Shown in pieces: positions 229,515 through 239,385 of a stretch of 248,000 nucleotides of DNA; positions within the stretch are counted from its first letter, which is position 1; every line of letters begins with the position of its first letter. Origin of the DNA: Hyalangium minutum. GTDB taxonomy: Bacteria > Myxococcota > Myxococcia > Myxococcales > Myxococcaceae. The notes under the pieces were generated by a model. That model worked only from the letters and a program-made list of their open reading frames with translations, was not told the origin of the DNA and searched no databases. The stretch is from contig NZ_JMCB01000006.1 of assembly GCF_000737315.1 (NCBI RefSeq), forward strand, positions 20,001 through 268,000. Direction: 5' to 3'. The translations under genes and the position numbers were made by a program.

Positions 229515-230853
229515 AGAGTGGACCCAATCTGACGATTTCGTCCTTGAACTCATCTCGCCCATTGATCCGCTGTCGCGCGGCTTTGCGGGGCTCGAGCCCC
229601 TTCTGGACGTTATTGAATCGCTGGACGAAGCGCTTCGCCCGGACACGATGCACTTCATGCGCGGGCGCCGGACTCTGCAGTACTCGCGCCAGATGCTGCG
229701 CAAGCGGTTCCAAGACACTCACGGTATTGACACGGTCAACATCCTGTTTGGCCGTTCTCGGCCTCCTGAGATCATTCTCGACCTCATGGGCAGAACCAGC
229801 GAGGAGGAGGTCACCTGCAGCTTCCATCTGGTGGTGAAGCCTTTCTCCTTCGTCTGCGAGCCCAGCCGCGCAAATCATCATGCTGAGCATTTCGTCTCCC
229901 TCGTACGCGCTTTGGCTTCCTGCATGCCTCTGTTTCACGGCGTGGCTCACAGCCGCACCGATTTCTGGCTGAGCAGCGACCCTCGCGCGAAGAACCCCCT
230001 CGCTGCACCTCGTGTCCAAGAGGCCTTCTGGCTCAACGTCTATGGTCCCCAGATGGTGGAAGAGCTTGGCCGCGAGCGCGTGCTCTCCACGCCGTGCGCT
230101 CACATAGAGGAACTTCCCCACGGCGCCGTCCTCATGCTCACGCGCCCCACCCCTGTGGACTTCGCCTCGGAAGAGGCCCGGCTCGCCCAGGCCCGTGCCC
230201 TGGTCCACCTCCGCCCGGAGCTCTCGCTGGACTCCACCCTGGCTGCCCTCCGCCAGCGCTCCCTCGAGTTCACCCCCGTCCCCATCCACTTCGATCCAGA
230301 TGTGGCCGACATCCTGCTCAAGAAGATCCATTTCGAAGGCGTGGCCGGTGGAATGCGCAAGCACGTCGAGCACTTCAACCAGTACCACCCTCCTCCTGTC
230401 TCCGAGTGGATTCCCGCCTCCCAGGCCCCAGCGCCGGACGTGGACAACGTCCCCGCTGCCATCGAGCAATACGACGGCCTCTATGCCGAGCAGCTCATGG
230501 CCCTTTTCCACGAAAAGGTCCCCGAAGTGATGGACGTCTCCCAGGAGGCGCTTCCCCTCCTCGACTGGCACCTGTGGAACTCGCGCTGGGGTAAGGACAT
230601 CACCCATGAGCAGCGGGAGATTCTCGTCCCCGCCCTGGGCGGCTGGCTCGGCCGCTACTTGGTGAACTGGCTCGGCGGACGGTGGGTCCCTCGCCGCAAG
230701 TTGGAGGAAGCCGCCGTCATCGTCGGCGACAAGGCCTGGCTGCCCTTCCTCCGCGCGCGCCACGCCCTTAACGGGCTGGATGCTCCACTCGATTACTCCT
230801 GCACCCAGTTCTTCCGCGCGGCACAGCGCAGCGCTCACCCGCAGGCGCACTGA
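229504..230853 (+). CDS. Putative immunity protein
   Basis: Overlaps the toxin stop; FWLNVYG...GRERVLSTP...GAVL Imm52-like pattern. Confidence 0.62.
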   Translation: MSPEEWTQSDDFVLELISPIDPLSRGFAGLEPLLDVIESLDEALRPDTMHFMRGRRTLQYSRQMLRKRFQDTHGIDTVNILFGRSRPPEIILDLMGRTSEEEVTCSFHLVVKPFSFVCEPSRANHHAEHFVSLVRALASCMPLFHGVAHSRTDFWLSSDPRAKNPLAAPRVQEAFWLNVYGPQMVEELGRERVLSTPCAHIEELPHGAVLMLTRPTPVDFASEEARLAQARALVHLRPELSLDSTLAALRQRSLEFTPVPIHFDPDVADILLKKIHFEGVAGGMRKHVEHFNQYHPPPVSEWIPASQAPAPDVDNVPAAIEQYDGLYAEQLMALFHEKVPEVMDVSQEALPLLDWHLWNSRWGKDITHEQREILVPALGGWLGRYLVNWLGGRWVPRRKLEEAAVIVGDKAWLPFLRARHALNGLDAPLDYSCTQFFRAAQRSAHPQAH

Positions 230854-230889
230854 AGCACCTGCCTCCGTGAGCTCCTCCCGTGCTGGCGC

Positions 230890-233727
230890 TCACTTCGTGG
230901 GTGGAGGCGTCTCCCCAGGTGCCGTGGCCGGCGCTGCAGCCGTGGCCCCACCCGGTGCGTCCACCTTGAAGCCCGCTCGCTCCAGCATGGCCCGCATCTC
231001 GGAGCGCGCCACCGACTTGCTCAGCGCCTCGTTCGGCTCGATGACCTTCTTCTTCACCAAGTCGAGCAGCGAGTCGTTCAGCGTCACCATCCCCTGCCCG
231101 CGCGACGTCTGCATCACCGAGGGAATCTGGAACGTCTTCCCCTCGCGGATCAGGTTCGACACCGAGCCCGTGCACAGCAGCACTTCCTGCGCCGCCACCC
231201 GCCCGCCGCCGATGCGCTTGCACAACGTCTGGGCAACGACGGCCTTGAGCGACTCGGAGAGCATCATCCGGATCTGCGGCTGACGATCCGCCGGGAACTG
231301 GTCGATGATGCGGTCCACCGTGGACGCCGCCGTGTTCGTGTGCAGCGTCCCGAACACCAGGTGCCCCGTCTCCGCCGTCTCGATGGCCGTGGCGATCGTC
231401 TCCAGGTCCCGCATCTCGCCCACCAGCACCACGTCCGGATCCTCGCGCAGCGCCGCCCTCAGCGCGTTCTTGAACGAGGCCGTGTGCACCCCCACCTCGC
231501 GCTGGTGCACCAGGCAGCTCTTGTTCTTGTGGACGAACTCGATCGGGTCCTCCACCGTGATGATGTGGTCCTCACGGTGGCGGTTCACGTAGTCGATCAG
231601 CGCCGCCAGCGTCGTGGACTTGCCGCTCCCCGTCGGCCCCGTCACCAGCACCAGCCCCTTCGTCAGGAAGCACAGGTCCAGCACGTGCCGCGGCAGGCCG
231701 ATCTCCTCCGCCGTGCGGATCTTGTTGGGGATCTGCCGCAGCACCGCGGCAATGCCCCTCCGATCCTCGAAGATGTTCACGCGGAAGCGCGCCGCCGACG
231801 TCTCGTAGGCAAAGTCCGTGTCGCGCAGTTCCTCCCACTGCCTCCGGTTCTTGTCCGGAGCGATGCTGAAGAGCATCGCCTGGAGCTTCTCGTGGGTGAT
231901 GACGCCGTAGTCCTCGATGGCCACCATGTCGCCGTCGATGCGCATGTGCGGCAGCGTCTCGCTCGTCAGGTGCAGGTCCGAGGCCTCACGCTCCAGCATC
232001 TCCTTCATCAGCGCGAGCATCTGCGCCTCAGCCGCGCGCCGGTGGTCCTGGGCCTCCTCGACGGAGACGGCGGGCGCGGCGGGCGTCAGCACGGGAGCCG
232101 CTGCGGCAGCCACGGGCACCGGGGCCTGAGTCACAGGAGCCGCAGGGGCAACCTGGACAGGCGGAGTGACCGGAGTGGGCGGCACCGGAGCGACCGGTGT
232201 AGCGGGAGCCACGGGAGCCGCAGCCGGTGCGGCGGCCACAGGCACCGGAGGAAGCGTCGAAGGCGCTGCGGGAGCGGCCGGCGCCGTTGAAGCAGCAGGC
232301 GCGGAGATAGGAGCGGCTGGAAGGGGAATCGGCGGGAGGGTGGTCGGCCCCGCCGGTGCGGCGGGCGCAGCCACAGTGGCGGTGGGTGCAGGCACCGGCG
232401 CGGTGGTGACCGGTGGCGCCGGAGTGATCGGAGCGGCCGGAAGGGGAATCGGCGGGAGGGTGGTCGGCCCCGCCGAAGCAGCAGGAGCGGCCGCTGCAGG
232501 AACAGGAACCGGCGGGTGCGTCGCAGGCCCTGCATGCGCTACCGGAGCGGCCACAGCGGTGACAGGAACTGGCGAGCGCGTCTCGGGCACGGCAGCGATT
232601 GGAGCCGCCGCAGCCACAGCGGGAGCAGGAACCGGAACCGGTGGATGCGTCGCAGATCCCGCGGGAGCAACAGCAGCAGGAACCGGAACCGGCGGATGCG
232701 TCGCAGGTCCAGCAGGAGCCACCAGAGCGGCCGTGGCAGGAACCGGAACCGGCGCGTGAGTCGCAGGTCCAGCAGGAGCCACCGGAGCGGCCGTGGCAGG
232801 AACCGGAACCGGCGGATGCGTCGCAGGTCCAGCAGGAGCCACCGGAGCGGCCGTGGCGGGAACAGGGACCGACGGATGCGCTGCAGGTCCTGCGGGAGCC
232901 ACCGGAGCGGCGGCGGGAACAGGAATCGGCGCGTGAGTCGCAGGTCCCGCTGCACCAGGAGCCGCCGCAGCCGGAGCAGGAACCGGCGCGTGAGTCGCAG
233001 GCCCCGCATGCGCGATAGGCGTAGCGGGAAGAGGAATGGGCGGGAGGGTGGACGGTCCCCGCTGAGCGGCCGGAGCCGCTGGCACAGCGGCAGGCGCGGC
233101 AGCCGTCGGCACCGGAGGCATCGTGAGAGGCCGCGCGGGAGCGACACGCGCGGGAGCAGCCGCCACCACCGGAGCCGCAGGAGTCTCCGCGAAGGCATTC
233201 GAAGGAATCGGCGCGGGCGTCACCGCCACCGGAGCGGAAGATGCGGCCGCGGCGTTCGGCACCTGCGCGTAGACGACCGCGGGCGCCGGGGGCTCTAGCT
233301 CGAGCGGGGGCGTTGCCGGCGCCTCCTGCGCGATCGTTCCTGGGTCGACAGCCCGGGCCGCCAGCTCGAGCATCTCGTACGGCGAGGCCAGCTCGAACTT
233401 CTCCTCCTCCGCGGGCGCCGGAAGCTGCGTGAAGGGCACCATCGACACCTTCACATGGCCCTGCACGTGCTCCAGCGTCACCTGCACCTGGCCCGCCGGC
233501 GCGGCATACGGGAACGCGAGCGTGCCCTCCGGCGGGAAGCCGGAACGCCGCTCCGCGGGCAGCAGTTCCCCAATCGCGCTGAGTATCTGCGGAGTGGTGA
233601 GGTTCTGCTTCAGCACCGGTAGGAGCCCGTTGGGGGTGCGCATGTTCACACCGCCCCCGGTCTCGATCTGCAGTTCCTGACCGGAGTCCTTGAAGAGCTT
233701 TTCGATGATGGGGTCGAGCCTGGCCAT
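230890..233727 (-). CDS. pilT: PilT-family ATPase with extra N-domain and long Pro/Ala repeat insert
   Basis: GPTGSGKS, EDPIE, ALREDPD..GEMRD, TLHT. Confidence 0.85.
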   Translation of the reverse strand: MARLDPIIEKLFKDSGQELQIETGGGVNMRTPNGLLPVLKQNLTTPQILSAIGELLPAERRSGFPPEGTLAFPYAAPAGQVQVTLEHVQGHVKVSMVPFTQLPAPAEEEKFELASPYEMLELAARAVDPGTIAQEAPATPPLELEPPAPAVVYAQVPNAAAASSAPVAVTPAPIPSNAFAETPAAPVVAAAPARVAPARPLTMPPVPTAAAPAAVPAAPAAQRGPSTLPPIPLPATPIAHAGPATHAPVPAPAAAAPGAAGPATHAPIPVPAAAPVAPAGPAAHPSVPVPATAAPVAPAGPATHPPVPVPATAAPVAPAGPATHAPVPVPATAALVAPAGPATHPPVPVPAAVAPAGSATHPPVPVPAPAVAAAAPIAAVPETRSPVPVTAVAAPVAHAGPATHPPVPVPAAAAPAASAGPTTLPPIPLPAAPITPAPPVTTAPVPAPTATVAAPAAPAGPTTLPPIPLPAAPISAPAASTAPAAPAAPSTLPPVPVAAAPAAAPVAPATPVAPVPPTPVTPPVQVAPAAPVTQAPVPVAAAAAPVLTPAAPAVSVEEAQDHRRAAEAQMLALMKEMLEREASDLHLTSETLPHMRIDGDMVAIEDYGVITHEKLQAMLFSIAPDKNRRQWEELRDTDFAYETSAARFRVNIFEDRRGIAAVLRQIPNKIRTAEEIGLPRHVLDLCFLTKGLVLVTGPTGSGKSTTLAALIDYVNRHREDHIITVEDPIEFVHKNKSCLVHQREVGVHTASFKNALRAALREDPDVVLVGEMRDLETIATAIETAETGHLVFGTLHTNTAASTVDRIIDQFPADRQPQIRMMLSESLKAVVAQTLCKRIGGGRVAAQEVLLCTGSVSNLIREGKTFQIPSVMQTSRGQGMVTLNDSLLDLVKKKVIEPNEALSKSVARSEMRAMLERAGFKVDAPGGATAAAPATAPGETPPPTK
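232310..233060. repeat. Coding tandem repeats; core of four near-perfect 60-bp units at 232681-232920
   Basis: Consecutive 60-nt lines align; encode PVPVPATAAPVAPAGPATHP. Confidence 0.88.
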
Positions 233728-233881
233728 GGCTTCGCTCGATGTAGCACGAGAGCGACAACCCCTCCCAGTCCACGCCGAGGTAGCGTCCTCCCTCCCACAC
233801 CACGAGGACACGCCAAAATTACAGACCGGTTAATCCCGGAATGCCTGCCTGCTCCCAGTCTGAAGTCCGAGCGCTCCCTGC

Positions 233882-235027
233882 TCAGCGCGACGCAGTGCGC
233901 GAGGCCAGCTCGCGCTCCACGAAGAGCCGGAGGATGTGCAGAAAGTCCTGCGCGTTGGTGACGACGCCGAAGGCCTGGTGCGTCCCGCGGTCCTTCAGCT
234001 TGCTCACCACGAATTCGGACGAGTCCACGCAAATGGTCGCCAGTTCTCTCAGCGAGCCGTCGGTCTCGGTGCAGAACGAGGGCAGCATGTTCCCCGTGGC
234101 AATCGCGTGCAGCGCCGTGGCGATCATCACCGCCATCGTCGCCTTCACCGTGTGGCGCCGCATCGCGTCCTGCGCCGCCAGGTTGTCCGTCACCACGTCC
234201 GGCAGCGGCCCGTCATCGCGAATCGAGCCCGTCAGCACGAACGGCACCCCGTGCACCACGCACGCGTGCATGATGCCGTCCTGGATGAGCCCTCGCTCCA
234301 CCGCCTTCGCGATGGAGCCCGCCCCGCGCACCTGGTTGATGGCGCGCATGTGCAGGCCGTGGCCGCCCGAGGTCGCCTCGCCCGCCCCGCTCATGCCCAG
234401 CGTGGTGCCGAAGATGGACGCTTCGATGTCATGCACCGCCACCGCATTGCCCGCCAGCAGCGCCTTCACGAACCCGTTGGCGACGAACCACGTCATGTCC
234501 GCCCGCGCCCGCGAGTGCACCAGCGCCGGCCCCGTCACCCACACCGGATAGCCCCCGCGCTCGCGCTCCTCCACCAGCAGCCGGGCCATGCGCGCGTAGT
234601 CGATGGGCTTCTCGCGCGACACCTCGCTCGTCATGAACTTGAACTCGCCCTCCGCGCCCCCCGCCAGCCACGAGGCGTGCACGTAGACGCCCTGGCTCCC
234701 GTCCTCCGCCTGCCCCATCGCCACCCGCTCGCCCTGGCGCACCCGCCGCCCCTCCCGCGTCCACAGCTCCCCGTTCGCGTCCAGCACCAGCGCGCAGTCC
234801 ATCCGAGGCTCGCGCGGCATGCGCCAGCGCCCTCCCACTCGCACGTAGGTGGGCAGGTTCGTCGTGGAGAAGAAGCCCTCGGGCAGGACACCATCGGCCG
234901 GCGCGGGCTCGAAGCGCGCGTCCGGGGCTCGCGCGAAGCGCTCGGCGCTGAAGTCAGGGTGCGGAATCGTCGTGCTCACCCCGCCACCATGGACGGACGC
235001 CCCACCCGGTTCAAGCACACTGGCCAA
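233882..235027 (-). CDS. TIGR00300/ArgZ-C-like ornithine cyclodeaminase domain protein
   Basis: FYSTTN-like FFSTTN, AGNAVAVHDIE, GSIRDDGPLP, LKDRG. Confidence 0.72.
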   Translation of the reverse strand: MASVLEPGGASVHGGGVSTTIPHPDFSAERFARAPDARFEPAPADGVLPEGFFSTTNLPTYVRVGGRWRMPREPRMDCALVLDANGELWTREGRRVRQGERVAMGQAEDGSQGVYVHASWLAGGAEGEFKFMTSEVSREKPIDYARMARLLVEERERGGYPVWVTGPALVHSRARADMTWFVANGFVKALLAGNAVAVHDIEASIFGTTLGMSGAGEATSGGHGLHMRAINQVRGAGSIAKAVERGLIQDGIMHACVVHGVPFVLTGSIRDDGPLPDVVTDNLAAQDAMRRHTVKATMAVMIATALHAIATGNMLPSFCTETDGSLRELATICVDSSEFVVSKLKDRGTHQAFGVVTNAQDFLHILRLFVERELASRTASR

Positions 235028-235151
235028 CCCCCGGGACTTCCAGGAGAAACTCCGCCTGGAAACTCCCGGGAAAATGGCCCCGCAACTTCCGCCCGCCGCT
235101 TGGGTTCATGAGGCCAGAGACGCTGCCGGCACCGCCGGCAAGAACCCAAGG

Positions 235152-235475
235152 ATGACAACCATGATGAAGACCTTCTCTCTGGCAGTGGCGGTGGTGGTGG
235201 GCGTGATGATGGCGGCTCCGGCCGAGGCGGCTCGCGCGGACCGGCGGCAGGTGAAGCAGCAGGCGCGCATCGTCCAGGGCGTGAACAGTGGCGAGCTGAC
235301 GAAGCGAGAGGCCGCGCGGCTCGAGGTGCAGCACCTGGCCGTGAAGCGCGAGGTCCACCAGGCCCGCGCCGATGACGGCCACATCGACGCCGCCGAGCGC
235401 GCGAAGATCGAGCGCCACCAGGACCGGCTCAACCGCCGCATCTACGTCCAGAAGCACGACGGCCAGTCGCGCTGA
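235152..235475 (+). CDS. Small secreted basic protein
   Basis: Signal peptide; RI.QG..SGELT..EA and repeated DG. Confidence 0.65.
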   Translation: MTTMMKTFSLAVAVVVGVMMAAPAEAARADRRQVKQQARIVQGVNSGELTKREAARLEVQHLAVKREVHQARADDGHIDAAERAKIERHQDRLNRRIYVQKHDGQSR

Positions 235476-235556
235476 GCCTGCCTCGCCGACTCTCCGACAC
235501 TCCCTGGCGGGGGAGCGAGCAACGGCCGGGACCGGACGCTACAATGGGTCCTGATC

Positions 235557-236348
235557 GTGGAACGCACCCGCCAGGCCCCTCCGGCCTCCTCCGACGAGAG
235601 CGAGGCTGTCTCCCTCCCCTCTGTCGAGGGAGAGGAGGCCGCCGTCTCCCGTGCCGAGCGCCCGAGGGTCTCCGTCCCGGAGGACCTGCCACCACTGGCC
235701 ACGCTGGTGGAGGAGGTTCGCGCTCCAGGCGCTGGCCGCGCCGAGGTCGACGCGCTGCTCGCGGGCCTCTCCCAGCCGCTGCCCCCCGAGCACTCCCCGC
235801 GTGAGCGCGCCGACCTGCTCCTGTCAGTCATCGGAGACGAGGTGATCGCCACCTATACGGGCTCGGACGGCGGCACGGTGCGCGGGGCCGCGATCCAGGC
235901 ATTGATCGCGCTCGGCTATCCCTATGCCCTGGAAGTCCCTCCCGAAGCGCTGGAGGCCTTCTCCCGCGAGAAGGGAGCCCTGGACAGCCTCTCCGCCGGC
236001 ACGAGCGGGTCCGGGTTCGGGCTCGTCATCCTGGCCGCCGTGGCGCAGGCCGCCTATGTGGGCTACGCGCTCCTGGCGGAAGGGCTCCCCACATTCACGG
236101 CGGGGGCCGCCCTCGCCATCATCTTCGCCACCACGCTGCTCCCCGCCCTCCTGGCCATGGGGGGGCAGCGAACGGGCTCCAGCGGCCTCAAGAAGGTGGG
236201 CACCGTCTGGCTGAAGATCGTCTCCTGCCTCTGGGCCGCCGTCGGCCTCCTGTCCCTGGGCAGCCTGGCGTTCGCCCTGATTCCCCTCATCCTGGCGGCC
236301 CTCATCTACTGCGGTGCCCGGTTCATGGACTCGCCGGACGAGCGCTGA
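235557..236348 (+). CDS. Membrane protein
   Basis: Four C-terminal TMs; LL.LG.PYALEV. Confidence 0.6.
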   Translation: MERTRQAPPASSDESEAVSLPSVEGEEAAVSRAERPRVSVPEDLPPLATLVEEVRAPGAGRAEVDALLAGLSQPLPPEHSPRERADLLLSVIGDEVIATYTGSDGGTVRGAAIQALIALGYPYALEVPPEALEAFSREKGALDSLSAGTSGSGFGLVILAAVAQAAYVGYALLAEGLPTFTAGAALAIIFATTLLPALLAMGGQRTGSSGLKKVGTVWLKIVSCLWAAVGLLSLGSLAFALIPLILAALIYCGARFMDSPDER

Positions 236349-236508
236349 CGCTCCCGGGACTCCATCCCACCCCCGTCTTTCCGGGCACTTCCACACCCGC
236401 ACCTCAATTCTCGGGAAATGTGGGGAAAAATAATCTGGATACGCAACTTGTGGGACTCAGGTTTCGAGAATCCTGGCAAATCTTCCAGCCGCTCTCGGAG
236501 CCCGCCCC

Positions 236509-237207
236509 ATGAACTACCGCATTCAGTCTGGCGACACCCTCTCTCGGATTGCTCGCAACTACGGCACCTCCGTCAGCGCGCTGATGAAGGCCAATCCGCA
236601 GATCCAGGACGCCAACAAGATTTACTCCGGGCGCTCGCTGAACATCCCCGGGTCGCGTGACGAGTTCATCCCCAGCAGCGGCCGTCCGGGCTCCGCGGGC
236701 CGTCCTTCCGCTCCCTCGCAGGCGGGTGGCGCCACGGGCCCCTCGGCTCCGTCGGAGGGCACGCGCGGCCCCGGTGGCAGCCCGTTCGACATCGCCCAGG
236801 CGAACCTGGGCAAGAACGCCGGCTCGCTGAAGATGGAGAAGAGCGGCGTGGGCGCGGACATGGAGGACTGGGTCCCGAACGACGTGAACTGCGCCAACTT
236901 CGTCTCCGCGTGCCTGGAGCAGGCCGGCCAGATCAAGGACAGCCAGCACAACAACTCGGTGTACGGCCTGCAGGGCAACCTGGACAAGGACCCGAACTTC
237001 AAGCGCGTCTCGCTGGCCGAGGCCAAGCCGGGCGACGTGGTGAGCATGAAGACGCCGGGCGGGCAGCATGTGGTGATGTTCGCGGGCATGAAGGATGGCA
237101 AGCCCCAGTTCATCGGTTCGAACAACGTGAACCCGGACGGCTCCCAGAAGATCACCATCTCGTCGATGAACTACCCCATCATGTCGATCCACCAGTATCG
237201 TGGCTGA
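236509..237207 (+). CDS. LysM domain + papain-like amidase (peptidoglycan hydrolase)
   Basis: YRIQSGDTLS.IA LysM; NCANFVSACL; HVVM. Confidence 0.82.
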   Translation: MNYRIQSGDTLSRIARNYGTSVSALMKANPQIQDANKIYSGRSLNIPGSRDEFIPSSGRPGSAGRPSAPSQAGGATGPSAPSEGTRGPGGSPFDIAQANLGKNAGSLKMEKSGVGADMEDWVPNDVNCANFVSACLEQAGQIKDSQHNNSVYGLQGNLDKDPNFKRVSLAEAKPGDVVSMKTPGGQHVVMFAGMKDGKPQFIGSNNVNPDGSQKITISSMNYPIMSIHQYRG

Positions 237208-237313
237208 GACAGTCTGAAATATCCGGTTGGAGCCTTCATCCCCCACTTCAGCCGTCCATCACGGGGCACCCGTCTCATCCCAGCGGGCGCCCCGTGTCAT
237301 TTGCGGGGTAGGG

Positions 237314-237718
237314 CTACTGGGGCGGGGCCCAGGACAGCCCGTAGAAGCCCAGCGTCGTGTCGAGCACCGAGCGCAGTTCGCCGATACTCCACGGGCGGGC
237401 CAGGGTGAAGTGGCTCACGGAGCCTCGCCGCAGGGAGGAGGCCTGCGCCCGCTCCAGCACACTCGAGAGCAGGATGCGGGGGCCCTCGTAGGCGTGGTCC
237501 ACCAGCCGGGCCAGGAACCACGGGGCGCCGAGCGCATCGCTCAAGTCCAGATCCACGATGATGGCCGCGATCGCAGGGCGCGCCGAGAGCTGACGCACGG
237601 CGGAGGCGAAAGTGGTGGCGTTGAGCAGCTCGAAATCCCGAGCCAGCTCGCGGGCCACGGCGTTACGCACTGCGGCGGCCTCCGCGACGATGAGGACCAC
237701 GGGCAGCAGGTCCGACAC
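237314..237718 (-). CDS. Atypical receiver-domain protein
   Basis: VLIVAE, IVDLDL, RPW. Confidence 0.5.
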   Translation of the reverse strand: MSDLLPVVLIVAEAAAVRNAVARELARDFELLNATTFASAVRQLSARPAIAAIIVDLDLSDALGAPWFLARLVDHAYEGPRILLSSVLERAQASSLRRGSVSHFTLARPWSIGELRSVLDTTLGFYGLSWAPPQ

Positions 237719-237981
237719 GGGCCGTTCGAGAGGCGTGGCGTGCGGCGAGGGTGTGCCCTGGAGCCACGGCGCGGGCAGAGCCACACTGTCCTGCACGAGC
237801 GGCCGGCGGCGGAGCGTGGGGCGCTCCGTGCTCAGGGCGTGACGGACGGCGGCTTGGAGACCAGCACTGGAGAGGGGCAGTCTGGACACGCGAGCAGGGT
237901 ACGCCTCGGCTCTTGCGTGAATCAATCGCGCGAAGCGCTTGCGTACATGCCCCGCGGGACGAGGCCTTCGTGCGGTAACGC

Positions 237982-239202
237982 CTACTCGGCCACGAGTGTC
238001 AGCTCGGTGATCTCTGGCGCAGGGCCCAGGCGCAGCGGAGGCCCCCAGTAGCCGGTGCCCCGGCTCGTGTACACGCGAACGCCAGCGATGTGCGCGAGTC
238101 CCCGGATCACGGGCTGCTGGAGCTTCACGAAGAACATGAAGGGGAACAGCTGCCCGCCGTGGGTGTGTCCGGAGAGCTGCAGATCCACTCCCAGGTTCTT
238201 GGCCAGGAAGGCCGTGCGCGGCTGGTGGGCCAGGAGCACGCGCGGCACGCCCTCGGGAGCGCCCGCCAGCGCCAAGTCCGGACGGCACGCGTGGGCCGGA
238301 TCCATCCGCCCTCCCTCATGGTCCGTCACGCCTGCGACGACGAGCCGGGCCTCCGAGCGCTCCACCACACGGTGCTCGTTGTGCAGCACGGTGAGGCCCA
238401 GCCCGGAGACCTCGGCGGCCCAGGCGGCGCCTCCGTGGTAGTACTCGTGGTTGCCGGTGACGTAGTAGACGCCGAGCGGAGCGCGCAGCTCCGAGAGGGG
238501 CTTCACCTCCTCGCGCAGCGTGCGGACGCTGCCGTCCACCAGGTCTCCCGTCACCGCGATGATGTCCGGCTGCAAGGCGTTCACCTGCTCCACGACGCGC
238601 CGCAGGAAGTGCCGGTCGAGGGTGGGGCCGATGTGGATGTCGGAGATCTGCACCACGCGGACGCCGTGCAGCCCACTGCCGAGCTTCTTCACGGGGATCT
238701 TCAGCCGCTCGATGCGAGCCCGGCCGCGCGCAGTGAGGAAGGCGAAGGCGAGCGCTGGCAGCACCACGGCAAGGATGGCCACGGCCTTGCCCCGGGCGAG
238801 CGCCAGGGCCTCGGGCGCGGAGCCGAGCAGGTTCCAGAGGCCGACGACGAGGTCCGCCACGAGCACGGAGGGGAGAAGCAGGCCGAAGGTGCCCAGCCAC
238901 AGCATGGAGGTCCAGTACAGCACCTGATTGAGCAGGGTGGGCCGGCGGCGGGACGCGATGAACCCCAGCGGGATGGAGAAGAAGAGCAGCCACAGGGCGG
239001 TCCAGCCAATCGCCGTCCACGGCTGTCCGAGGTTCGGCTCCGACAGCAGCCGGAGCCCGATGTAGCCGTGGAGGGCGCCCACGAGGCTCACGGCGAAGAG
239101 CATCGCTACGAGGCCGCGGATGACGAGCCCGATGGGAATCTGGCTCAGCGGGACTCCGTCCTGCTGCGGCTCGTGCTCCATGCGCTGGGAGGCCTGCGAC
239201 AT
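237982..239202 (-). CDS. Membrane metallophosphoesterase (YkuE-like)
   Basis: SDIHIG, TGDLVD, GNHE, SGHTHGGQ. Confidence 0.9.
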   Translation of the reverse strand: MSQASQRMEHEPQQDGVPLSQIPIGLVIRGLVAMLFAVSLVGALHGYIGLRLLSEPNLGQPWTAIGWTALWLLFFSIPLGFIASRRRPTLLNQVLYWTSMLWLGTFGLLLPSVLVADLVVGLWNLLGSAPEALALARGKAVAILAVVLPALAFAFLTARGRARIERLKIPVKKLGSGLHGVRVVQISDIHIGPTLDRHFLRRVVEQVNALQPDIIAVTGDLVDGSVRTLREEVKPLSELRAPLGVYYVTGNHEYYHGGAAWAAEVSGLGLTVLHNEHRVVERSEARLVVAGVTDHEGGRMDPAHACRPDLALAGAPEGVPRVLLAHQPRTAFLAKNLGVDLQLSGHTHGGQLFPFMFFVKLQQPVIRGLAHIAGVRVYTSRGTGYWGPPLRLGPAPEITELTLVAE

Positions 239203-239385
239203 CGTTCGTTCGCTCCCCCGCGGCACCGGCTCTGCCGCTGGACTCGGAGCCCCCAGCATAACGGGCGAGCACAGGCGCCGCCCGACATCCGGCAGCCTGC
239301 TTTGGGTTCAGGCTTGCTCTCTTACCCTTCGTTTCTCCTCTGGATTCTCGCGGTAGGCTCGGGTGTTTGCTAGGAGCACACTCGT

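Noticed and set aside
232681-232920. 60-bp repeats as CRISPR or REP elements
   Set aside because: In-frame coding repeats in the pilT linker; no spacers
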